The translations under genes were made by a program, and so were the position numbers. The notes below the pieces were generated by a model that was given only the letters and a program-made list of their open reading frames with translations, had not been told where the DNA came from and searched no databases. From a virus (Duplodnaviria; Caudoviricetes), in IMG/VR virus record IMGVR_UViG_3300030376_006284, positions 8,658-72,657 of that record: a stretch of DNA of 64,000 nt. One strand, 5' to 3'. Of this stretch, positions 26,888 to 37,000 are shown in pieces. Position 1 is the stretch's first letter; each line of letters begins with the position of its first letter.

Positions 26888-27032
26888 TTCAGTGTTCATT
26901 GTTCAGTATTCAGTGAGCGGTGCTGATATCTGAAACGCTAGAGCCAGATTCATATTGATACATTCCAAGCTGAGCCCTGTACACCGTACCCTGTTTAATG
27001 AATCCTGAGCCCTGAGCACTGAGCCCTGTAAA
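26888..27032. repeat. Heptamer arrays
   Basis: Four TTCA[GT]T[GA] units at 26888-26915 and nine in-phase degenerate CTGAGCC/CTGTACA units at 26970-27032. Confidence 0.8.
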
Positions 27033-27147
27033 GTTAATCATATATGTCTAATAAGTTTATCTTAATTAACTGTTGAGTTGTAGAGCTCAGCTAGTACTAT
27101 TACTTGAGGGGATGATCCCCTAACAAACAACTAAACACCAAATTATC

Positions 27148-27525
27148 ATGAAAGAAAAAACGAAAGCAAAGCCCACTGTTTACTTAGAAGTTTATGAGTC
27201 TACTCGCTACGAAGTATTCTTTGACAAAGAGGAGAACGACTTTGAGTCATTAGGTATTAACGGATGCCCTATAGGCTCAAGTGGGCTGAGTGTGGCTGAC
27301 GCTATAGAGGATCTATTCACAAGAACTAACTACAATTGCTTTACAGAATTTGAAGCCTACGGAGAAAATTCTAATGATATCTTTGTTGGATATCATGAGG
27401 AGGTAGATGAAGAAGATAGGATAGGAACGCTAGTAGGAGAAGATAACCGCTTAAATCACGGGCACAAACGCTTGAAGTACTACCAGATTAAAAGGAATGA
27501 AGTTGGCCGTTTAGTTTGGAATTAA
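27148..27525 (+). CDS. Early hypothetical protein
   Basis: 125 aa, acidic; AACAAACAACTAAACA leader. Confidence 0.65.
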   Translation: MKEKTKAKPTVYLEVYESTRYEVFFDKEENDFESLGINGCPIGSSGLSVADAIEDLFTRTNYNCFTEFEAYGENSNDIFVGYHEEVDEEDRIGTLVGEDNRLNHGHKRLKYYQIKRNEVGRLVWN

Positions 27526-27556
27526 TTAACTCAACAAACAACTAAACAACGAAATT

Positions 27557-27793
27557 ATGAATACAATAAAACGTGGTGACTTTGTCGCCTTTAATTATGG
27601 AGCCTTAGAATGTGAGAGAACATTGTTTGGTACAGTAACTAAAATCGTAGCTTGTGACACTGTACAGGTTAGCAACGTAATCACCCAAGCCTGTGCCCCT
27701 TTTGTCGGCCGACTTGAGGTGAACATAGGTAACGTAGTAAACCGCTTCGATAACAACACCTCAGACTGGGGCTCTAACAATTCAGAAGTATGA
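27557..27793 (+). CDS. Early hypothetical protein (SH3/KOW-like start)
   Basis: IKRGDFV...GTVTKI; same leader motif as 27148. Confidence 0.6.
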   Translation: MNTIKRGDFVAFNYGALECERTLFGTVTKIVACDTVQVSNVITQACAPFVGRLEVNIGNVVNRFDNNTSDWGSNNSEV

Positions 27794-27975
27794 AGTATAA
27801 ATTTAAAGACGGTAAGCTTATGCGTACGGCTAAGGAAACGAAATACTTCAGTGCGACATGCAACTTAAGTTTCACTGGTAGCAGTTCAGAAGACGTAACT
27901 GAGCAGTTACTTAAGTATTTGAATGACTCGGTAAAGTCTGGCGACCTATCGCCTTGGTTTATTATTGAGGAGTGA
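27790..27975 (+). CDS. Early hypothetical protein
   Basis: ATGA overlap with the previous gene. Confidence 0.5.
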   Translation: MKYKFKDGKLMRTAKETKYFSATCNLSFTGSSSEDVTEQLLKYLNDSVKSGDLSPWFIIEE

Positions 27976-28069
27976 GCACTGAACACTGCACCCTGTTCAA
28001 TGCAGGGTGCACACTTCAGCTCTTACAATTAGAACTGATAAACAAACAACGAAAAACAAAATATACATT

Positions 28070-29239
28070 ATGAAAATAGAAAATGAACAAGCCGTATTAA
28101 CTCCAAGATCAAGTAGCAAAAATGCCGCTGTTAGACCCTTGGATAAATTGTTTGAACAGATCTCTCGTAAGCGAGTTGACCTGATTGGTCACTCCTCACA
28201 AATGAGATTTGATTGGAGCAATGATATGAAGCGGTTCACCTTTAACTTGTCTAACACTGATGCAAGTAAGCCTCAATTTGAGTTCCCAACTAACCGTCAC
28301 TTCAATAAGAAGATGTACGGTAAGTTAGCTAAAGGACTCAGCACACTAAGCGATCATTTGGTATCAACTGATCAAACACCGTTGCTCACTCAGATTGTTA
28401 ACGAGCAATTCGAGAGGGACTCTAGAAAGTTCTTAGTTAGATCTCAGCAGAATGAAGCTGGGCTCTTTATAGCTAGAGCATTCTGCGGTGATACTTATAA
28501 GCCAATAGATGATGATCTTATTCTTGAAACTATGCTACCAGTAATTGAAGAGCATGATACCGAGTACGTGATCTTAGGAGGCCGTTGCACTATGGAACGG
28601 ACTTACTTTAACATCGTCACAAAGAATCCTGTGGTAGTTATGCCAACGGCAAACGGTGATAGGGAGGTTCATTTAGGTACTAGTATTTCAAATAGCGGTA
28701 CTGGCGATGGTAAGTTTAAGAACTGCTTTTTTGCGTGTGACGCTTATTGCCTTAACGGCCTCCGTTTTGGTGAAAAGGCTCATATGGAATTTAGCCAAGT
28801 GCATAGGGGTTCTAAGATCTCTCAAGAGTACGGCCAGTTACAAGCGGATAGCTTTCGTAAGGCCGAGCTAGCTTCACTGAGAACACTCATAGCTGACGCT
28901 ACTAGAGCGGCACTTGATCCTAAGAAGCATGCAGAGTTCGCTGAGATCCTTAGGCAGTCACATCAGTCACAAGTTACTGGTGATCCTATACAGGTTGTTA
29001 AAAGGATTGGTGCTGAGAATAAGTTCTCAGACATCGAGACTAAGATAGCTGAATTGGCCATGCAAAATGAAGAGCCTAATTTGTACGGTGTACAGGCCGC
29101 AGTGACTCGCATGGCTCAGGAGGTTGAGTCCTTCAGCCGTAGAGTTGAGCTAGAGGAGCTTGCAGGAAAGTTGATAACACTTCCTACTGCCAAGCGTGAT
29201 TCTTTATTAGCAACTGAAGCGACTGAGTTAGTAAGCTAA
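28070..29239 (+). CDS. DUF932/DUF945-like protein
   Basis: RAFCGDTYKPID, ISNSGTGDG and CLNG motifs; ATG 28070 follows an AACAAACAAC leader. Confidence 0.7.
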   Translation: MKIENEQAVLTPRSSSKNAAVRPLDKLFEQISRKRVDLIGHSSQMRFDWSNDMKRFTFNLSNTDASKPQFEFPTNRHFNKKMYGKLAKGLSTLSDHLVSTDQTPLLTQIVNEQFERDSRKFLVRSQQNEAGLFIARAFCGDTYKPIDDDLILETMLPVIEEHDTEYVILGGRCTMERTYFNIVTKNPVVVMPTANGDREVHLGTSISNSGTGDGKFKNCFFACDAYCLNGLRFGEKAHMEFSQVHRGSKISQEYGQLQADSFRKAELASLRTLIADATRAALDPKKHAEFAEILRQSHQSQVTGDPIQVVKRIGAENKFSDIETKIAELAMQNEEPNLYGVQAAVTRMAQEVESFSRRVELEELAGKLITLPTAKRDSLLATEATELVS

Positions 29240-29586
29240 TGGCACGGTCTGGAAGTTACTTAATTAGAGTTGGGACGGAGTGGGCTTTAATTAGCCGACT
29301 CTGTCCTGACTTTGAGATCCCTTTCCCTAGTCGTAAGTCTGCACTAACATATGCAAAATCAATTGGTTGGGCTGTTGTTAGGAGACAATCTTGGGATAGG
29401 ATCACAGCTCTAGACTTAGAAACTCTAGAGCCCCTCACACTTGAGGAGCGCCAAATAGTGCGCTCAGGTTTAGATAGGATAAAAAAGTTAAGGAAGGCTC
29501 GCAAGTTTGTTAGTCCGTTAGGGTTGGCACCTGTACTTAACTATTTTATAAAGCGAACTTTAAAAGATATCCAACCGTGGTTATGA
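29239..29586 (+). CDS. Early hypothetical protein
   Basis: TAATG overlap with the previous gene. Confidence 0.55.
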   Translation: MARSGSYLIRVGTEWALISRLCPDFEIPFPSRKSALTYAKSIGWAVVRRQSWDRITALDLETLEPLTLEERQIVRSGLDRIKKLRKARKFVSPLGLAPVLNYFIKRTLKDIQPWL

Positions 29587-29759
29587 AAAAAGCAAAATTG
29601 TATAAGTTCACTTTCTATGGAGCCCCCTCGCATTGGTGCGAGTCGGAGCCCACTGCAAAGGAGATAAGCGAAAAAATAGAGGAGTCACTATCCTATGTTG
29701 ATGAGCTTAATCAGGTGACCAAAGTTCAGGTCACTAAGCAGTCTGTAAAGGATTGCTAA
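29583..29759 (+). CDS. Early hypothetical protein
   Basis: ATGA overlap; ends just before the terminator. Confidence 0.5.
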   Translation: MKKAKLYKFTFYGAPSHWCESEPTAKEISEKIEESLSYVDELNQVTKVQVTKQSVKDC

Positions 29760-29777
29760 ATTAAACACTGAACACTG

Positions 29778-29812
29778 AGCGGTGTACCTGTAATGGGTGC
29801 ACCGCTTTTTTT
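29778..29812 (+). terminator. Intrinsic terminator ending the early region
   Basis: AGCGGTGTACCTG-TAA-TGGGTGCACCGCT followed by a T run. Confidence 0.85.
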
Positions 29813-30078
29813 GTGTTTTTAAACTGCCTGAGAATCGCCTGTATGGATTTATCCTGTACTGTGGGCTTGTTTATTTGATTCTGGAGGGGTTTAAAATAGC
29901 CCTTAAAAGGCTCTTATTAATATATGGCTAATACTTACCTAATAATTACTGCCTCAATTCCTAAGCGATTTATGAGGCAGTTTTAGTTTTAAAAAAATTT
30001 ATATATTTTCCTTTTAACGTATGAATGCCACCCCATTTTTGAACTTGCGTTAAAATTATAGAAAGATTAGAGTTAAGT

Positions 30079-30294
30079 ATGCAGATAATTAGGGAAGTCT
30101 TTCCAAATAATATGCCCTTTATGATAGAGGGTATAATAGATAATGAAGGAATAGTAGAACCTGACTCTGTGAAAATGTTCCCTATAATTTCACCACCAGA
30201 GATGCCCGCTTTTGTGGGGGAGCCTTTTCATTTAAAGAACAATAACTTAGCTAAGAGGTTAAACCATATTTTACATAAAAATGATATTACATAA
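30079..30294 (+). CDS. Hypothetical protein, probably leaderless
   Basis: TTGCGT-17-TAGAGT-5-ATG. Confidence 0.5.
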   Translation: MQIIREVFPNNMPFMIEGIIDNEGIVEPDSVKMFPIISPPEMPAFVGEPFHLKNNNLAKRLNHILHKNDIT

Positions 30295-30589
30295 AAAGAC
30301 ATCGTCGGCACATATATTAGATGCTTTATCTAGCGTTTCGGGCTACTCGACAGAAGATTTAAAAAGCGGAACACGAGATGCGGCTGTGTGTCAGTGGCGG
30401 CATTTAGGAATGTTTGCGGCACGGGCTAGGGGGTACACTTTGGTAGAGGTGGGCAAGATGTTTAATAGACATTTTTCTACAGTTATTATGGCTGAAAAGA
30501 AAGTAAACCAACACAAGAGCAGCGTAAAAGATACTCTTGAGTCTTTGAATGAACACATAGACAACTATGCAAACAGCAACAAAACCTAA
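30281..30589 (+). CDS. DnaA C-terminal (domain IV)-like HTH protein
   Basis: EDLKSGTR...WRHLGMFAAR...TLVEVGKMFNRHFSTVIMAEKKV follows the Bac_DnaA_C pattern. Confidence 0.8.
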   Translation: MILHKKTSSAHILDALSSVSGYSTEDLKSGTRDAAVCQWRHLGMFAARARGYTLVEVGKMFNRHFSTVIMAEKKVNQHKSSVKDTLESLNEHIDNYANSNKT

Positions 30590-30845
30590 CGTAGTCAGGG
30601 AAGTATTATTAAAGCTAGAGAAACCTGAACAGGGGCCTTATGAAAGCATATGTATGTATGCTCAGACAGGCTCAGGAGAAGACAATTATGCAGTGGTAGC
30701 CCACTCTTACATACCAAATATTGAATCTAAATTCGATGTGGTTCTGTATAAAGGGCCTGATAAAGCTGCTGCTATAACTAGTTTTTATGAGATGGTTCTA
30801 CGAGAACCTAAAAATAATTCAAATAATATTGACGACGAGCTTTAA
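30567..30845 (+). CDS. Hypothetical protein
   Basis: 92 aa, overlaps the previous gene. Confidence 0.5.
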   Translation: MQTATKPNVVREVLLKLEKPEQGPYESICMYAQTGSGEDNYAVVAHSYIPNIESKFDVVLYKGPDKAAAITSFYEMVLREPKNNSNNIDDEL

Positions 30846-31005
30846 TTATATATCTTCAACGTACGCTACTGATAATACAGAGGGACTTAAATGCGTCCCC
30901 CTCGTGGAGAAAGGTTTTACTTCGTTGTTCCTTTCCCATGATGAGCCCTGTACACTGTACCATGATCTATGAGGGGTTTAAAATGTATGGTGTACGGGGT
31001 TCTAC

Positions 31006-34000
31006 TTAATCAAGACTCCTAAGGAGTGATCCACCCATACTATCTTTGTAGGCATCTATAACTCTTTGTCTTCTTATGTCTAAGTTTCTGTCTGACAAGT
31101 AATCCTTTATACCTTGTCCTTCGTTTTGGAAGTCTTCAGTGGTTATGTATCCCTTGGCTACTATATCTACTAAACTTTTTCTAAGTCTAGCTCCTTTCAT
31201 TATATCTTTAACAGCTGTTTCACCTAAAGCTTTTGAGTAAACTAAGTAAGCAGCACGAGCATCTTTCAAAGCTGCTTCCATCGCTTGGTATTCCCTGCTA
31301 ATAATTTTTTGAACTTGTTTATTTTGATAACCTTTTTCTTCGTTAAGGAGTACATTCTTTCTGGAGAGTTCACCATACAACCCGCCTTGGATTTCTTTGA
31401 AGCGTCTCCTTGCTAATTGTTCTAACTGAAGTGCGTGGAATTTAACAGGAGTTATATGTCTAAAGAACTCCCCTTCAGGACTGTAGTATGGAGAGCCCAT
31501 GAATGTTCTAGCATCCTCTCCTGTTTTGTAGTCGGCATCTCCTGTTGCTTTAATTATTTTTCTAGCGGCAGTTAATGAAGGAGGCTCTAAACCTTTTTCA
31601 TAAATGTACTTTAACTTCAACTGAAGAGCATCGGGTGAATACTCAGTGTAGATTTCTCTGCCTGTGTTAGCGTCTTCATTAAATACGAACACGTCCATCA
31701 TTGCGGAGAACATAATTTGCTCGTTTAAGAATGTGTTTAATAAGTAGTCTGTAGTCAAAGCTTCTATTGCTTTTTTAGGTTCACCCCTTACTGCACTCTC
31801 AAAACCCCGCATTAGGGAATCTAAGATTGGAGACATAGGATGGACATAACTGAAACTCATGGAGTTTAGTTGCCCGTTTTGTCTGACATAAAGTAAGTTT
31901 TGGATTCTTGACCACTTAGGACTGCCTTCTCTAAATTCTCTTTCGTCCTCGTCGTTTAGGTTAGTTACAAACAACTGAACAAGTTTTGGAATTGCCATAT
32001 ACAAAACAAAGTTTGTTCCTATAAATCCGTTGGCTCTTCGTTTACCTCTTGCCTGTATGATAGGGTTCTCACTTTTCTGTTCGGCTCTTGCCTGACGTGG
32101 GATATTAGTCATCAGTCTTGGGTTTTCACCTATGAACCTAGCAAACGGAGCTGTAATAACTCTGACCACAGGGAACTCTGCAAAGAACTTTACGATAGGA
32201 GCGCTTTGACTTCTAGACTGTTGCGTTTTCAAAATGATATCACCAGCAAGGGCATCAACCTCTGCATTAGTCATGTCTTTGTACATGTCATTTCTATTGG
32301 CCTCTATTGAGTCTTGTCTAGCGGCTAAGATAGTTTGCTTTTCATATTCAAAAGCAACAATTTTCATAGCGTTATCTAATGCTAAAACCAAAGCTTGCGC
32401 TTTCTTGGAAGCGATACTTCCAGTACCCGCTATCATGCCAGCGGCCTTTAACAAAGTCTTTTCTTGTACACTTCCTTCTGGGAACAACTTGCTTTTAAAC
32501 TTTTCTGCTCTGGATGGGTCTTGTAAGTTATCAATTTCTAATTGAATATCTTCGGCATCACGTTCTCTTGATATGGAAAAGCCTTTACTTCCCCCTAACA
32601 AATCTCGCAACAACGCATAGTTAACACCTCCATCTAAAACTCCTAAAGTAGAAAGCTGTGCGTAATAACCCATGCTACCCCTATCGGCAGAATCGTTTTG
32701 AGTATAGCTTCTCTTATTAAATACTCCTGAAGGGAACACTTGCCTTTTAATTTCTGAACCAAGCTGTGGGATATAACCTGCTAACTCACTTGCAGGTAAA
32801 CCATTTTGACTTAAGAATAAGAAAGAACCTAAAACCTGTCTCTCATAGAAGGGTACTGAACCCGCTGTTTTAGATACAAGACTCAATCCAGATATCTGAG
32901 CTAATATATTCTCTGCTTGTTCAGCAAAGTTTAAATCTTTTGCTCTTTCAGGATTAAGTATAGACCTTATGTAACTAGCTACCTCAGGATGCGCTAACAA
33001 GTTACCTTTTTCCTCAACAGAACCATCTTCTGTTTTAACTCTGTAATTAATTAGAGGATCAGTGTTTGGTGGTTTTCTTGTTGGTGCTTCTTTAGCAGTG
33101 CCATCAGGATTAAACTTAACTTTAAAAGCTCCTAATTTTGTGGTTCCCTCAGAACCCGCAACTTCAGCAACATCGCTATCCGAAGATGTAGTTTTGCTGA
33201 CCTCTTCATAATCTTTATATGGATTAGGTCTGTCAAACTTCTTAGCTCTAGCGGTTTCCTCAGCTATCTTTTCTTGAGTTACTAACCACCCTGCTTTTAT
33301 TCCTTCACTAACAATACGATCTTTAAGAGCTAGTTTAGAAGCCAACCCTCCAAGATTTATTACTGTTCTGTATAAGATATCTAAGTTAGATTCTTCTTTA
33401 AACTCTCCAAGAGCAGCTCTCATTCCCTCAGGTAAATTGCCCCTCCTCTTAAAACTATCTACACCGTAGTCACCTTCGTAACTTTTTAAGAACTCTTCCA
33501 ATGCTTGTTGAGCTAAGTCATCGTTAGACTCTAGCTCTGCCTGAGCTTCGATGTTTGCCATCTCCTTTGTAAGGCCCCCTTCTTTTATAAGGTGCTCAAC
33601 TCTTTGAGCTTTCCAATGTGTTGCAAAGTAATCTAAGGCTAAGTCTCTTGCATCTTTGTGTACCTCTTTATTTAAGAACTCATTAGCCCACTCGCCTTTC
33701 TTGTAGGTAAATATTCTGTATTGTTTTGTTAAATACAATTGGAGACCAGCACCTATTCTAAGTTTAAGATCAGGGGCCGTGAATGAAATTATGTCAGCTA
33801 CCTCAGAAGATAAAGTGTCAGCTAACTTTCTTAAAGAAACTATATGGTCTGCCAATTCTGGAGAATCATTTCTTATTATTGCTATAGATTGGTTTTGCTT
33901 TCTTTTAGCTGCTTTAATAGCTTCTGTTCTCGCTTTAGATTTAGCAGTTTCTCGATTATTAAAGGCATCTAAGAATGCTTTTTCTTTTTCTTCAGCAGTT

Positions 34001-37000
34001 AACTCTTCATTCGTGTTTACACCATCCAGTTCGTTAAGATAATCTTCTTGAATCTGTGCAAGTATTTCTTCGGGAGCATTTAAATCAGTTGATCCAGTAG
34101 CATCCATGATAACCTGAGAAGGTATCTCTTTACCTGCTTGCACATAAACAGAATTAAGTAAGTCATCTGTTGTGTTTTTGTAAGCTAAAACTTTATTTCC
34201 AATAGTAGATTTAAAGAAGTTAGATCTTTCTATGTATCTTCTTAACTTTCTTTCGTTAGGCCCAAAGAAAAGACTCCAATACTTACCCCCTTTTTTCCAT
34301 TCAGGGTGTGCCTTCGATCTGTACAATAAACGCTGTAAGTATTTAACTCCCCTTGAATCCTCCATTACAGGTATATCTGCTCTCAATATGTCAGTGAGCA
34401 TATTCCATGATTCAGTAGCTTCTAAATACTCAGGAGCTTCCGTAGGATCTTTCGTGTGGATCTTAGTTCTTTGGTCGTCAGGGAAAAATTTATCTTTTAT
34501 AATTTGGTGTTCTTTAAGTAAATCTTCGTAACGCAAACCTGTACTTTCGATCTGATCTTTCCATACTCTTTCTGATCCACTTGGTGACCCCAGTAGTCCT
34601 AAAGAAGACTCAAGATCGGTGATAGTTTTGTGGTATTTGTAGAGAGGATGACGCTGACCCAAGATAGTTTCCATCCTGTGGAAGATAGCGTTTCCTATAC
34701 GACCTTCTTGTATGTCTTCGTCTGCACTGTGTGGTACTCTTAAAGATTCTACAACAAAAGGATGAGCTTCTTTAAGATCAGACATTAACATGAATCGAAC
34801 CTGATCTTTTTCAATCGAAACAAGATCATATGAAAAAGGTACGTGGTTGTCGTTTTCTGACTCTGCGTTTATTCTTTCTTCTTCTAAGTGTGCTTCTAAT
34901 CTAAGTTTGGCTTGTTCATATTGTTCTTTCTTAACTTTGTTAGAAGGTTTCTCCAGAATAGAGTAACCGTCTTCAATAGCTTCAGAAGAAATATATAAAC
35001 CTCCTACTTGTTTACCTGCAAGGGATGACCAATTATTTTCTGGCTGTGCACTGATCCGTGTACGCTGTATAGGTGGATCGTTATTTACTTCGTTTGCTTT
35101 GAAGGTTCTTCCGACAATCGCTTCAAGAACTGTAATACCTCTGTTGGTTTCTTGGACTTCGTCTGGTGAAACGCTTTTTCCAAAATTTTGTTCAACGATT
35201 TCCCCTCGGCTCCGTACTTCTCTGCCACGTACATTGTTAGGTTCAGCGAACGTGTTAACGAATTTGTTTGCTTGTAGCTCTGCGTTAAGAAATTTAGTGC
35301 TTCCTTTAACAAACTTTTTTCTGAGTGTTTTAATGCTTTCATATTTATTTATAATTAAGTCTTGTATTAACCTATTACTCTCTTCAAAGATAGGATTCAT
35401 TTGAGAGTGATAAGCCCTAACCGCTGAAAAAGGATAAGTAAATCCTGCTCCCTCGTTTCTTTGTCCTACGTGATTAACTTCATGTAAAATTATATCAGTC
35501 AAAAAGGCAGCTAGTCCTTCTACTCCGACATCTTCATTTAACTCTCCGTCTTCAGTAAAGTTCAATGAACCGTATACAGGATTAACTAAAATTACACGAG
35601 GGTTTATGCCAGTGTTTACTCCTCCCCAGTTTTTAGAAAGAGCAGATCCATAATGGTAGCTAACCCCTTTGAAGTTAGGATCATTCTCAGCATCCGCTTT
35701 TGCAAAATTTCTCAAAGCTAACCCAACATCATCATTAGAACTTAAAGAATTATCATTCTCATAAAAATCATATTTGTATACACCTAAGAATTGATCTGCA
35801 ATGTTATTAACAATACTTGCGAAATCGTTCATGAGTTCTGTTTCAGATGGATCGAGATCGAAGTCTAAATTGTTGTAAACAATGGGGACGCTTGGTCTCG
35901 CCTCATTACCATCAACGCCACTTATAATAGAAAATTCTTCCTTGAATTTTTGTTTAAAATATTCCCTTCCATATTTCCTAACAACATTGTGTACCTCTTC
36001 TTCTACAGGATGGTTATCGTCAGAAGATGTTTTCCCACTCCATTGGGGAGAAAATTTTTCTCTAGTATTACCAAAAGGATAATCCATGCTATCCGCAGGT
36101 ACCCTTGGTTTTATATTTACTTTTATATTATATGGAACACGTTGTTTTTGTACGGAAGGAGTGCCCGTTACAAATTGAAAGAGACCATTTGAATAGTATT
36201 CAATTGATTTATTGCTAATACTTTGACCGATAGGAGAATCACCTTCTGTCAGAAAAGGTATATTAGCACCTTCTTTATCAAGATCACCTATTTCGTATGC
36301 GAAAATATCAATGTCTGCTTGAAGAGTACGCACACTTGTTTTTTCATAACCATTGTTTTCTATATTATCTAAGGAAAGCGTGTTACGCATTGAGCGTTCA
36401 TTAATTAATAGAAGCTGTCTTTTTTCGTCGAGTATATTTTTATGAAATGAAGGAGCACTTAAGTAAACACTTTCTCCGTCTATTTCCTTAGGGAACTTCA
36501 TCCAAATTTGTGTGCCTGACGGAGCATCTACTTTCCGTGAAGAAATTTCAAATGGCTTTTTGCTTATTAAAGTTTTATTATCCACTTTAACAGTTGACTC
36601 AACTCCGTCCCTAACAGTCTTAACAAATATCTCTTGGGCTGCACGAAGCATTGAAATTTTAGCAAGGCCAAATCCTCCAGAAGGATTATCAGATTCTTTA
36701 TAACTTCCTCCCAAAGTAAAGTAAGCAGATTTAATTATTTCGGGGGACATACCTATTCCATTATCTCTGATGTATACCCACTGTTTATCATCAACAACTT
36801 TTCCTTTTTTAAGATCGTTTACGATAGTTTCTAAAAGTTCTGGGGGAGCAGATACCTCTTCAGTCCAGCTCGCTGGTTGAATCCTCTCCCCCCATTTCCA
36901 AGGCTTTTGATCAGGGTCTGGAACTTTTATACTGTCTCCTTGATTCCATAGCCCGTACTCAATTTGAGGTTGAGAATTAGATTCTATCCAAATTTGTGGG

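Noticed and set aside
26888-27032. Repeats as a CRISPR array, with the Cas4-like gene as cas
   Set aside because: Units are 7 bp with no spacers; the nuclease sits in a normal replication module.
26700-30041. CAAAAATGGG / CCCATTTTTG as ends of an invertible early segment
   Set aside because: Only 10 bp in AT-rich DNA, and no recombinase gene is visible.
30787-30972. 61-aa ORF
   Set aside because: It overlaps the previous gene and a heptamer array; no supporting signal.
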